NCBI GenBank assembly: GCA_965261395.1
Contig: OZ253462.1
Coordinates: forward strand, 3,456,001 to 3,520,000
Direction of reading: 5' to 3'
From: Candidatus Latescibacterota bacterium
Lineage (GTDB): Bacteria > Latescibacterota > UBA2968 > UBA8231
DNA: 64,000 nucleotides
Part shown: piece after piece, positions 40,237 to 49,515 of the stretch
Position numbering within the stretch: position 1 is the first letter of the stretch
Layout: each line of letters opens with the position of its first letter
Made by a program: the position numbers and the translations under genes
Notes under the pieces: model-generated
Told to the model about the DNA's origin: nothing
Database searches by the model: none
What the model saw: only the letters and a program-made list of their open reading frames with translations

Positions 40237-41687
40237 CCGGCGAGTTTTCCCAATAGGCCCCAACCGCTGACGGCGGCCGAGACGATCAGTACCACGGTCG
40301 AGAGCACCGCGCCGATGAGGACCCATGCACGGGTGCGGTAGGAGGCGGGTAGCTTGAAGTTGAGATAGATGGCTGCCACCATCATCATAGCAATGGCCAG
40401 ATTGGCGATGAGGAAGCCGGCGATCTGGGTCAGGATGTCAAAGGGGATGTTGTTCCAGACGATGATCATGGTGGTGGCGAAGATGTAGAGGCAGATGACG
40501 CGCTTGATCGACTGATACTCCCAAGTGCGGTCGGGCCAGCGGGCGGCGAGAAACTCTTGCGCCACGCGGGCGTAGATTTCGGGCAGGGCTTGCAGGGTGC
40601 CCCACAGCGCGGCGAGGATACAGACGTAGTAAATCCACACCAAACTCGGATGAATCTGCCGCCAGACGTGGGCTTGGTGCGTCAGCAAGTTCCAGCCCTC
40701 AAAGCGGGTTTCGAGCGGGAAGAGCACGGCCGCCCCGGAAATCATAAAGGCCCCAGTGACGATGAAGAGGACCAGCGCTCCCAGCGCCACGTCCCAGCGC
40801 AGCGGCGCTACCCGTTGCCGCAGGTAGTGGATTTGCTGGGGATCGTCGGGTAGATAGTCGATGGTGTCGCTGCGGGCGGCGCGGGCGCGGATGGCTTCGA
40901 TGTCTTGGTGGCCAGTCAGGCCCCACTTGTGCAGGCCGATCCAGTTGGCGTAGGCGATGTAGCCAATCACCGAACCGCCGACGTAGCCAAAGGTGGTGCC
41001 CAACGTCAGCAGCGGATGCGCGACTGTGTCGGCGGGTGCCCACTCCGGGAAGGGAGGCAGGTCGCCAAAGCGGAAGGTCCCCACAAGCGCCGCGATCAGG
41101 TCTGGGCGCACGATGAGGGTCCCGGCAATGGTGCCCGTGACTAGGATCCCGCAGATGAGGAGCTGTTGCTTTTCAAGGCGTTCAAAGGACAGGCGGATAC
41201 CAAAAAGCAGCGCCAAGGCAATAAAGGCCGAGGTTATGGCGTTTTCCCAGAAGACTTCTTCCTCACCAGCGGGCAGCAGGTCGCGCAGCAAGAAGTGAAA
41301 AAGGTCGCCGCAGGGCTTGGAGACAGGCACCCAGGCTAGGGGTGCGCCGATCATTTCAAAGAGCAGAATGGTCAACAGCAGCCATCCGCGCGGCCCGGGC
41401 AGGCGCACGAGGCGGTGGCCGATCAGCTCGCCGCTGACGGCTGTATAGCGGCCGATCAGATAGGTGAAGAAGACGCCCTTGACCAAGCAACTGAGCAAGA
41501 CCATCCACAACAAACCATAGCCGGCCCAAGCCCCGGCCCGCACCACGACGATGGTCTCGCCGGCACCAATGGCGACCGAGGCGACGATGGCCGCCGGGCC
41601 GAAGACGGCGAGCATACCTAAGAGTTTCTGCAGTGACCAAGATTGGCCGAAGACGCCTTCGGGCGGCGGGATTTCTACTTTGTTCAT
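40233..41687 (-). CDS. NRAMP/MntH-like membrane transporter
   Basis: 'FGPAAIVASVAIGAGE...AGAWAGYGLLW', 'GRYTAVSGE'; about 11 TM segments. Confidence 0.8.
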   Translation of the reverse strand: MNKVEIPPPEGVFGQSWSLQKLLGMLAVFGPAAIVASVAIGAGETIVVVRAGAWAGYGLLWMVLLSCLVKGVFFTYLIGRYTAVSGELIGHRLVRLPGPRGWLLLTILLFEMIGAPLAWVPVSKPCGDLFHFLLRDLLPAGEEEVFWENAITSAFIALALLFGIRLSFERLEKQQLLICGILVTGTIAGTLIVRPDLIAALVGTFRFGDLPPFPEWAPADTVAHPLLTLGTTFGYVGGSVIGYIAYANWIGLHKWGLTGHQDIEAIRARAARSDTIDYLPDDPQQIHYLRQRVAPLRWDVALGALVLFIVTGAFMISGAAVLFPLETRFEGWNLLTHQAHVWRQIHPSLVWIYYVCILAALWGTLQALPEIYARVAQEFLAARWPDRTWEYQSIKRVICLYIFATTMIIVWNNIPFDILTQIAGFLIANLAIAMMMVAAIYLNFKLPASYRTRAWVLIGAVLSTVVLIVSAAVSGWGLLGKLAG

Positions 41688-41688
41688 G

Positions 41689-41806
41689 CGAGGGGGTGCG
41701 CTTTGCAGAGAGGAATAAAGCTCTGGGCGACAATGCTGATGCGTAAATTCATGGGGGGCAAAGTACGGCGGGGGGATAGGTGGCGCAATAGGCCGTTTTT
41801 AAGCGG
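41689..41806 (-). repeat. Degenerate copy of the upstream region and 5' end of the Gfo/Idh/MocA gene (51940-52070)
   Basis: Reads MNLRISIV-----AQSFIPLCKAHPL versus MSLRIGIVGTGSFAQSFIPLFKAHPL (15-nt deletion); shares 'gataggtggcgcaatagg'. Confidence 0.88.
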
Positions 41807-41819
41807 CAAATAGCGCTGC

Positions 41820-42221
41820 TTATCGTCTTCCACTCTTCGCTTCGGTGTTCGCGCGAAGGAAAGACGTATAGCCCGCTTCATCAAGGGTCCCGGCCGCCAG
41901 CGCGATAACGGCCTGAGCCGCGCGCTCTTGAGTGGCGGTGAAGCGATATCCGTTCAACTCCAAAAACAGGATTCCAATCACAAAGCCCGTGCGCTTGTTG
42001 CCATCGACAAAGGGATGGTTGCGCACGATGCCCGCCGTATAGGCGGTAGCCATTTCGATGGGATCGGGTGTGTCCGCATAGGCGTAGAGTTGCTGTGGCC
42101 GGGCCAGAGCCGATTGCAACAAGCCGTCGTCGCGTACCCCCGCCGCGCCGCCATGCAGCGCGAGCAGTCGGTCGTGCAGCATCAGCGCGGCGCGTGCATC
42201 AATCCAAACCAGGTCCGTCAC
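41820..42221 (-). CDS. doc: Death-on-curing (Doc/Fic) toxin
   Basis: 'GVRDDGLLQSALARP' and 'HPFVDGNKRTG'. Confidence 0.93.
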   Translation of the reverse strand: MTDLVWIDARAALMLHDRLLALHGGAAGVRDDGLLQSALARPQQLYAYADTPDPIEMATAYTAGIVRNHPFVDGNKRTGFVIGILFLELNGYRFTATQERAAQAVIALAAGTLDEAGYTSFLRANTEAKSGRR

Positions 42222-42445
42222 TGGGCCAGAACGTGGAGCGTGTTGCGATAGCGGTCGATGATGTCTTCAGCCTTTGCCAGCTTTTTTGCAAAGGTGGGAT
42301 CGTAGGGCGTCATCTGGTAGCTGCCGTCCGGCCCTTCGATCAGAAATAGAGGCTCCCCGTCTTTGGTGCGCAGCCGGTTGACGACCTCCTTGGGCAGGAC
42401 GACGCCGAGTGAGTTGCCGAATTTGCGGACTTTGAGTTCGACCAT
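42218..42445 (-). CDS. AbrB/MazE-family antitoxin
   Basis: 'LKVRKFGNSLGVVLPKE...YDP...YRNTLHVLA'; GTGA overlap with doc; AGGAGG RBS. Confidence 0.92.
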   Translation of the reverse strand: MVELKVRKFGNSLGVVLPKEVVNRLRTKDGEPLFLIEGPDGSYQMTPYDPTFAKKLAKAEDIIDRYRNTLHVLAQ

Positions 42446-42614
42446 GAAATGCCTCCTGTTTGTTACTACCATTGTAATAACATCTAACCGAGGCGCAAGG
42501 AGAATGCCTAGTCGAGATGGATTTGCAGAGGCTGCATCCGAGTTGCTATCCCACTCAAAATTTAGGCAGGTAATCACTCAATGCTTAGTACCGGCTTCTA
42601 TCAGCTATGGTGCC

Positions 42615-44846
42615 TTATTTAATGAGGAGCATCTTACGCCCTTGGACGACTGGCCCGGCCTGCAACTGGTACAAATACACGCCGCTGGCGACGCGCTGGC
42701 CTCGATAGTCGCGGCCATCCCAATGGGCGGCACTGGCATTCGTCAGGTACTGACCTGCTGCCCGATAGCCTAAGTCAATTTCTCTGACCAAGGCCCCCCG
42801 GACATCGTAAATAGCCAAGCGCACCTGGGCCGGGACGTGGAGTTGATAGGGGATCCAAGTCTCCGGGTTGAACGGATTGGGATAATTGGCCAGTAGCGCC
42901 GTCTGCGTCGGCAGCGGTGGCGAAAGCTCAATCGCCGTCTGCACAGAGGGGGTGATGTACGGCGACATATCCCACAGCAGAATCGTGTTGTAAGCAAAAT
43001 CTTCATTACTAGCGGCTAGGGTAGTGCCATCCGGCGAAAACGCCACGGACCAGACATCAAGAGTAAGAAATCGTCGTGAGGGATCTGTACTCAGGGTGGC
43101 TTTGTGTTGGCCGGTTTCTACGTCCCACAATCGAACCGAACCGTCAAAACTCCCACTGGCTAGGGTAGTGCCATCCGGCGAAAACGCCACCGAAATGACC
43201 AAATTTGTATGCCCTTCGAGAGTGGCCTTTTGTTCTCCGGTGTCCATGTCCCACAACCGTATCGTCTTGTCAAAACTCCCACTGGCTAGGGTAGTGCCAT
43301 CCGGCGAAAACGCCACCGAAGAGATCGCATCCGTGTGCCCTTTTAAGGCAGCTTTCCGTTCTCCGGTGTCCATGTCCCACAACCGTATCGTCTTGTCAAA
43401 ACTCCCACTGGCTAGGGTAGTGCCATCCGGCGAAAACGCCACCGAAGAGATCGCATCCGTATGCCCCTTTAGAGTGGTCTTTTGTTCTCCAGTATCCACA
43501 TCCCACAACCATATCTCCCTCGAACTACCACTGGCCGCTAGGGTGATACCATCCGGCGAGAATGCTATAGAAACGACCAAAAATGTCCCCTTTAGAGCAG
43601 TCTTGTATTGTCCGGTATCCACGTCCCACAATCGGATCGTCCCGTCCTCACTTCCACTGGCTAAGGTAGCGCCATCCGGCGAAAACACCACGGAACGGAC
43701 CACCGAAGAATGTCCCACGGTGGCTCGGAGTTCTCCGGTGTTCACGTCCCACAACCGAACCGTCCCGTCCTGACTTCCACTGGCCAGGGTGGTACCATCC
43801 GGCGAAAACGCCATCGAAATGACCAAATCCGTACTCGTCCCCCCTATGGTAATGGTAGCTTGGATTTCTCCGGTTTCCACGTCCCACAATCGAACTGTGC
43901 TGTTCCGACTTTGGTCCCAACTTCGACCGGCCAAGGTGGTGCCATCTGGCGAAAATGCCACCGACCCATATCCTTCTAAGACGGCCTTTTGTTGTCCGCT
44001 GTTCACGTCCCACAATCGGATCGGTCGGCCCTCACTGCCACTGGCCAAGGTAGTGCCATCTGGCGAAAATGCCACGGACTGGACAGAATCCGTATGCCCC
44101 TCTAAGATGACCTTGAGTTCCTCGGTGTCCACATCCCACAGCCATATCTCCTTCCAAGTGGCACCCGCCAGGGTCGTGCCATCTGGAGAAAACGCCACTG
44201 AATCGACCCCATATGGTGCCTCTATAGTGGCTCGGATTTCTCCGGTTTCCACGTCCCACAAGCGAACTGTGTCGTCCCAACTTCCACTGGCCAAGGCGGT
44301 GCCATCTGGAGAAAACGCCACGGACTGGACAGAATCCGTATGTCCTTCTAAGACGGCCTTTTGTTCTCCGGTTTTCACGTCCCATAATCGAACTGTGTCG
44401 TCCCAACTTCCACTGGCCAAGGTGGTGCCATCTGGAGAAAATGATATAGAAGAGATATGCTTCGCGTGTCCTTCTAAGACGGCCTTTTGTTCTCTGGTTC
44501 CCACATTCCACAACCATATATCATTATCAACATCTGTACTGGCCAAGGTGGTGCCATCTGGAGAAAACGCTACGGAGTAGACATAATTCTGCCCCTTAAG
44601 CAGGGCGACTTCGGTGCCGGTGTACGTATCATAGATCCAAATACCGATGTCACTGGCCACCGCTAGTCGCGTACCATCGGACGAGTAAGCCACCGCTTGG
44701 TTTTCCCAACTTAACCCTCCTTTACCCAAGCGGGCGATGGTACCTTCGGGCAAACTCAAGGGATTATCGTTTTGGGCGAGGCTGTCCTGTACGAACAGGA
44801 CACATATCCACAAGAGGGCAACATTGAACAGCCGAAATTTTTTCAT
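42615..44846 (-). CDS. Secreted WD40-repeat protein (14 repeats) with FlgD-Ig/T9SS-like C-terminal domain
   Basis: Signal peptide; 13 'FSPDG' plus 1 'YSSDG' repeats; 'NYPNPFNPETWIPYQL...WDGRD...VASGVY...RKMLLIK'. Confidence 0.93.
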   Translation of the reverse strand: MKKFRLFNVALLWICVLFVQDSLAQNDNPLSLPEGTIARLGKGGLSWENQAVAYSSDGTRLAVASDIGIWIYDTYTGTEVALLKGQNYVYSVAFSPDGTTLASTDVDNDIWLWNVGTREQKAVLEGHAKHISSISFSPDGTTLASGSWDDTVRLWDVKTGEQKAVLEGHTDSVQSVAFSPDGTALASGSWDDTVRLWDVETGEIRATIEAPYGVDSVAFSPDGTTLAGATWKEIWLWDVDTEELKVILEGHTDSVQSVAFSPDGTTLASGSEGRPIRLWDVNSGQQKAVLEGYGSVAFSPDGTTLAGRSWDQSRNSTVRLWDVETGEIQATITIGGTSTDLVISMAFSPDGTTLASGSQDGTVRLWDVNTGELRATVGHSSVVRSVVFSPDGATLASGSEDGTIRLWDVDTGQYKTALKGTFLVVSIAFSPDGITLAASGSSREIWLWDVDTGEQKTTLKGHTDAISSVAFSPDGTTLASGSFDKTIRLWDMDTGERKAALKGHTDAISSVAFSPDGTTLASGSFDKTIRLWDMDTGEQKATLEGHTNLVISVAFSPDGTTLASGSFDGSVRLWDVETGQHKATLSTDPSRRFLTLDVWSVAFSPDGTTLAASNEDFAYNTILLWDMSPYITPSVQTAIELSPPLPTQTALLANYPNPFNPETWIPYQLHVPAQVRLAIYDVRGALVREIDLGYRAAGQYLTNASAAHWDGRDYRGQRVASGVYLYQLQAGPVVQGRKMLLIK
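43010..44600. repeat. ~126-bp tandem repeats encoding WD40 units
   Basis: Recurrent 'gccatccggcgaaaacgccac'; units near 43230-43355 and 43356-43481 are nearly identical. Confidence 0.88.
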
Positions 44847-44898
44847 TTGATGATACTCCTTTATCTGAGGCAAGTTTATCTGATCGCGGGCAGCTAAG

Positions 44899-46044
44899 TC
44901 AGGAGCAGCGGCACGGCGAAACACCCTTCTCTGGTTTCCAACAGCCGTTGCCAATCATAATTACGTCTTGACCGCCCTTGGAGCCACAACGGCAATTTGT
45001 GCAGAAGCGGCGTCGGCGTTTCTGTTTGAGATACATCGGTCCTGGAAACTTGCCATTCTGATACAGACCGCTCCGCACCCATGTCAACGTCTGGAAGTTT
45101 GAAGCATCAATTGCTTTGAGTCGACGGTATGCCTCCTCGTTCTCCGAGTCCTTCGATCCATGATGAGGGGCAGTCACGAGCATGTTCTTTCTAACTGGAG
45201 GTCGGAAAACGGGAGGGTGTCTTAGGGAACCGAACCCGGAGTCCGCTGAAAAGAGTACGTCGGGGCCGACCCCAGCCGGAGAATGTAGTACGAGACAGAG
45301 GCGGTTCACTGTAGTCAAGTACACTAAACCTAGCAAGGAATAGGGACTAGTTTGAACTACGTAAACCTCCGAAGCATTGACTAGGTGGAGATACGGGTGA
45401 GCCTCCTCGCTCGGCTGGGGCTTCTTATATGGGTCGAACCATCGAATCTCCGCGCCGCGCCGCGTTGCCGCGGTGGCCAAGCATAAGATGTTGTCTGCAC
45501 GGATCGTCGCAGTTTCAATTAAGGGAATGCCCTCGGCCTCTATGGGTACGTCCTCGCCCGACCGCTCGGAAATAAAAACGACGACTATGGGAAGAAAGGG
45601 ATAGAATTCGTCGAAATGCTGTGAGTCTGCTCTCTTCTTAAGCTCCATATTGAGCCATTCCGCGGAAATTTCTTTATCATCACGACGATCCTCTGTCTCA
45701 GGTATTTGCTCGCTGTAGTCGGTGAAACACAATTGTTTAAAGGCCAAATCGGGATCTTTCAGCATCATTTGAAGAGGCTGCATCCAAGTCGCTGGCAACC
45801 AACACTCCTTAGCCTTGCCACCGTTCTTGAAGAAATCAATGAGGCCGTTGGCGTGGTCGCTATCGTTGTGTGTGCAAACTACGACTTCGACTTCGACCTG
45901 TTGGCGTTTGGTCACTTTTCGAAATCTATCCACGAAGTTTTTGCGGCGACCTCCATCAACAAGGCAAGAAAACCCATCGCGTTCAAGATAGAAGGCGTCC
46001 CCCATACCAACATTCAGGGCGATAAATCGGTCGGAATGGCTCAC
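44899..46044 (-). CDS. MBL-fold metallohydrolase (ComEC/Rec2-like) with Cys-rich tail
   Basis: 'LNVGMGDA', 'LVDGG', 'THNDSDH', 'FSADS', 'PHHGS'; tail 'FCTNCRC...CRCS'. Confidence 0.8.
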   Translation of the reverse strand: MSHSDRFIALNVGMGDAFYLERDGFSCLVDGGRRKNFVDRFRKVTKRQQVEVEVVVCTHNDSDHANGLIDFFKNGGKAKECWLPATWMQPLQMMLKDPDLAFKQLCFTDYSEQIPETEDRRDDKEISAEWLNMELKKRADSQHFDEFYPFLPIVVVFISERSGEDVPIEAEGIPLIETATIRADNILCLATAATRRGAEIRWFDPYKKPQPSEEAHPYLHLVNASEVYVVQTSPYSLLGLVYLTTVNRLCLVLHSPAGVGPDVLFSADSGFGSLRHPPVFRPPVRKNMLVTAPHHGSKDSENEEAYRRLKAIDASNFQTLTWVRSGLYQNGKFPGPMYLKQKRRRRFCTNCRCGSKGGQDVIMIGNGCWKPEKGVSPCRCS

Positions 46045-46092
46045 GATTAATGTATTCTCCTATTCTTTGCTCAGCTTATCTGGTCAACACTA

Positions 46093-46254
46093 CTATGGTG
46101 GATCACCGAAGTCGGGTATGGGGAGGAGAGCACCCCCCTGTAGCGCGGACTCGTGGGCGACGAGGCCGGGGAGCATGTAGCGCGCCGCGTCCCAAGCGTT
46201 GTTGGGCGGAAGTTGGCCGCTGGCACAGGCTGTGACGAAGTCGTGGACGAGAAA
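46093..46254 (-). pseudogene. Orphan copy of the last 53 codons of the Gfo/Idh/MocA gene (50843-51001)
   Basis: FLVHDFVTACASGQLPPNNAWDAARYMLPGLVAHESALQGGALLPIPDFGDPP*; 52 of 53 aa identical to the full gene. Confidence 0.93.
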
Positions 46255-46270
46255 AATGAGCTGTGCTAAT

Positions 46271-46311
46271 GCGCTGTCATCGTCCTCCGCTCTTCGCTTC
46301 GGCATTCGCGC
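46271..46311 (-). repeat. Copy of the doc 3' end (41813-41854)
   Basis: ANAEAKSGGR* versus ANTEAKSGRR*; shares 'ctcttcgcttcgg' and downstream 'cagcgc'. Confidence 0.8.
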
Positions 46312-46335
46312 TTCCTCCGGATAAATACCTTGCGC

Positions 46336-49300
46336 TCAATTGCCGCGATACTCGAGTACGACCCGATTGACAGGGCCTTGGAGGCCCATGGTATTGATCG
46401 CTTTTGCCCGCAGGGTGTTGCTGCCCGGGCGCAGTTTCCACGCGAAAGACGGGTCGCTTTCCTGCCATGCGCCCTCGTCCAAGCTGACCTCAAAGCGGGC
46501 GAAATTGGGAATGGGGCCGGACAATTGCACGGACAGGGCCGCGGTCGTCTCGGTGTCCTCTAGGTCGATCCTCGTTTTGTTCAAGGACCAGTAGAAATCC
46601 TCCGGCCGGGTGGTCTGGAGCGAATATTCCGGGTACCTCGGGTCGAGACTGTCGGTCCACCACAGATGGCCGTCCCAGTGGTACTGATCCATGCCCTGTT
46701 CCAGTTCCTGGGGCTCGGAGCGGTACAGGTGGTCGTTGCGCAGCGGTATGCCGAAGCGCAGGTACAGATCGACAAACATCCGTCGCATCTGGTCTATGGG
46801 AATGGGCGGTGGGGGAATAATATCGATATCCCCGGCATTGTTGGCTGCGGCGCTGCGATGCATTTCGAGCGCATTGATGGGCACCCCGGCCCTTTCGTAC
46901 TGGAAAGCCACTTGGTGCCCTGGCAAGAGCCCCGGATCTTGGAGAATCCACTTGCCGTACTGGTCCGACCAGATCTCGGCTAGGCAGTGGTGGTCGACGA
47001 TGAGGGCACGAGCGTGGTACCCCAGGGCCGCGGCGCACTGGGCAAAGACAGCCGCATAGTGGGTGCACATCCCCAGCGCCAAGTTCTGCGGAGCCAGTTC
47101 GAGGATCTCCAGCGCGTCCCACTGTGGGCAGTAGTTGTACTCGTTTTCGTTCCACCCTTCCCACTGCCGGCGCACCCACTGGCGCAAAAGGGCAAACTTC
47201 TCCATCTCCGTTTTGCCGGGGGCGACTATTTCCTCTAGCCGGTATTTTTCCCGTAAGTGGCGCATGCGGGGGTGGTGTGGATCGGCGTAGTCGAAATCGT
47301 ACGAAGAGACCGCAATGGCATGGTCCGGTGCCTCGATCACCTCGATGTCCGGGTGATTTACCCCACGGACCCGGCCGGAAGCCTCAATGGTCACTTTTTT
47401 CACCAGCGGCGTGATGCGGGCATCCCGGCTGGAAAGGGTCGCTCGCCACTGCACAAAGCGCTGTCCGGGCAAGGTGCTGGCCGAGTCGGCTGCCCGCCAG
47501 GGACTCCATTTATCCGACGCGTACCAGGCCGTCGAGCCAGTGCGCACTTGGAACCGGATAGCAGTCTGCGGCTGTAGTGCCAGATCGGCGGACAGACGCA
47601 GGGCGCTCACTTCCACCTTGGGGGAAAGGGCATATTCTGCGGCCACGTCAATTATCGGGGAAGTCAGGGTCCCCTCGGGCGGATAGCCGTGGACCCGGAT
47701 GCGGACGACGTACTCGCCCGAAAGATTGTTCTCGGGCCCGAGTATGTCGCTCTTCCACTCGCTGCTCTCCCCGGAAAGGCGCTTGAAACTGTTTTTGCCG
47801 GGCCTATCTGCATCGATGAGTAGAAAACCCGCTCCCGAAAAGATCAGTTCGTTGCTGCCCTGCTGCAGGTAGTGGCCGGGAATGGTCTCCCGGTCCCAGC
47901 CGCCCGTGAGCATTTTTCCCCTGTTCTGAACATGGCGGATCTCGTGCCCGTTGACCGCGATGAGCATGGGTGTTTGCTCGCTACCACCCCCGCCGAAAAA
48001 GAGGACTTCGGCTTTTTCGACTGCCGATGGCAGCTCGAAGACCTTTTTCACTTGGATTTGGTCCGTCAGGGGTTCGCTGATTTTCGAACTGCGGGCCATG
48101 GCATCGGCAATCAGATAGGTGGGCGCTAGGCCAAGGGCGCCAGAGGCGGCGGAAAAATCGCTGAAACGGTCGCGGGTGCAGTTGGTGAGAGCTTGGCCTG
48201 CAAGGGTACTTTCCCACTTGGACGAGGTTGCGCTGGCAGCGGTGTAGTGCGCCGGCGGCTCGCCGGAGGACATCGGCCGGTCTTGCGGGTAGTACAACAG
48301 CAGGTAACCGCGCCGCTCGCGTTCGCCGCATATGAGGGTGCCGTCGGCCGTGCTGACGACAGCACCGATGTCGCCGAAGGTCCGGTTCCCTCCTTCCGGC
48401 TGCATGCCGCCCGGCCAGGTGCCTAGGTACATCCGGCGTTGGACCGGGTCAAAGGCAAACAAGCGCGGCAGCCCTTCCTCTTCGCCGCCCACGCCGTAAA
48501 TCAGGCCATCGGCCCCCCGGGCCAGCCCCCGGATTCGGTGCTGTCGCAGGGGCTTGCCAAAACCCTCTACCAATGCGGCCTTTGGGTCAAAGCGGAACAA
48601 ATGGCCATCTGTCGTGCCGGCGAGAAAGCTGCCGTCGTCCAGTTTTACCGCGGCGTCGATGGCGGCGAATCGCCGTCGCCCCACTACGGCTGGCAGTCTG
48701 GCATCGAGGGGCTTGAGGACACCTGTGCGGGGATCCAATTCGAGGATGCGACCCATGTCGTCGTCAGCTCCGGTGCTGCCGCTGAGGTAGATCTTGCCGT
48801 TGTCTGCGGCCAGTAGGACTTTGCTGATTGGGCGGGTATGGTGGTGTTGGGGCAGGGGAACTACCTCGCCGTAGTCCTTTTGCTGGCCCGACGACAGCGC
48901 CACGGTGAAAAGCCGCCCTCCGGGCGCGGTAAGGCCGCAGAGCACTTGCCCAGTGGCGTCGACGGCTAGGGCCCCTACTCCGTCCGGCTCGGGAAATTCG
49001 GGCAAGGCGATCTCTGCGAGCAAGCGGCCAGCGGGCGAGTAGTGCCGGAGGGGCATGCTTGGGGCTGCTCGATCCATCAGGTGAGGTGGCGGCACTGAGT
49101 CGCGGCGTCTGAACGTGCCGGGGGTGTGGGGGCGCTGTCGCAGGCGTTCGAAGAAGAATTGCTTGTCGTACGCTCGGCGGGCTCCCAGATAAATGTCTCC
49201 TTCGGGTCCGAGCGCTAGGCGCGGCTCGTCCCACCACAGGGCCTTGAAGCAGTCGAGCATTTTCACTGTTGTGCTGCTGGGGTCAAAGCTGAACAGGCAG

Positions 49301-49509
49301 ATTTCCTTTTTGCCGCAGGTGGCCCCAATGATCAGGCCGTCGCGCTGCCGGCGGACCATTGCAGTTACCATGCACTCGTTGACGGGCAGGGCCTCGAACA
49401 GAGGCACCATCCGGGCGCTTTCCCGCTCCAGATTCAGCGCGGGTTCAGCGCCGGCGAGCAGCGGGGCAAAAGCGAAAATGGCGCAGCTTGTGAAAATTAT
49501 CCGATACAT
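46336..49509 (-). CDS. Large secreted protein: beta-propeller-like N-half plus transglutaminase-like domain
   Basis: Signal peptide; 'GPEGDIYLG' and 'DGLIYG' blades; 'GMCTHYA...HHCLAEIWS...WILQDP' (Cys-His-Asp). Confidence 0.75.
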   Translation of the reverse strand: MYRIIFTSCAIFAFAPLLAGAEPALNLERESARMVPLFEALPVNECMVTAMVRRQRDGLIIGATCGKKEICLFSFDPSSTTVKMLDCFKALWWDEPRLALGPEGDIYLGARRAYDKQFFFERLRQRPHTPGTFRRRDSVPPPHLMDRAAPSMPLRHYSPAGRLLAEIALPEFPEPDGVGALAVDATGQVLCGLTAPGGRLFTVALSSGQQKDYGEVVPLPQHHHTRPISKVLLAADNGKIYLSGSTGADDDMGRILELDPRTGVLKPLDARLPAVVGRRRFAAIDAAVKLDDGSFLAGTTDGHLFRFDPKAALVEGFGKPLRQHRIRGLARGADGLIYGVGGEEEGLPRLFAFDPVQRRMYLGTWPGGMQPEGGNRTFGDIGAVVSTADGTLICGERERRGYLLLYYPQDRPMSSGEPPAHYTAASATSSKWESTLAGQALTNCTRDRFSDFSAASGALGLAPTYLIADAMARSSKISEPLTDQIQVKKVFELPSAVEKAEVLFFGGGGSEQTPMLIAVNGHEIRHVQNRGKMLTGGWDRETIPGHYLQQGSNELIFSGAGFLLIDADRPGKNSFKRLSGESSEWKSDILGPENNLSGEYVVRIRVHGYPPEGTLTSPIIDVAAEYALSPKVEVSALRLSADLALQPQTAIRFQVRTGSTAWYASDKWSPWRAADSASTLPGQRFVQWRATLSSRDARITPLVKKVTIEASGRVRGVNHPDIEVIEAPDHAIAVSSYDFDYADPHHPRMRHLREKYRLEEIVAPGKTEMEKFALLRQWVRRQWEGWNENEYNYCPQWDALEILELAPQNLALGMCTHYAAVFAQCAAALGYHARALIVDHHCLAEIWSDQYGKWILQDPGLLPGHQVAFQYERAGVPINALEMHRSAAANNAGDIDIIPPPPIPIDQMRRMFVDLYLRFGIPLRNDHLYRSEPQELEQGMDQYHWDGHLWWTDSLDPRYPEYSLQTTRPEDFYWSLNKTRIDLEDTETTAALSVQLSGPIPNFARFEVSLDEGAWQESDPSFAWKLRPGSNTLRAKAINTMGLQGPVNRVVLEYRGN

Positions 49510-49515
49510 GGATCC

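Noticed and set aside
43024-44580. Repetitive antisense ORFs of 249 and 263 aa
   Set aside because: Reverse-strand mirror of the WD40 repeats.
46093-46305. 70-aa ORF as an independent gene
   Set aside because: A chimera of the doc-end and Gfo-end remnants; treated as pseudogene and repeat.
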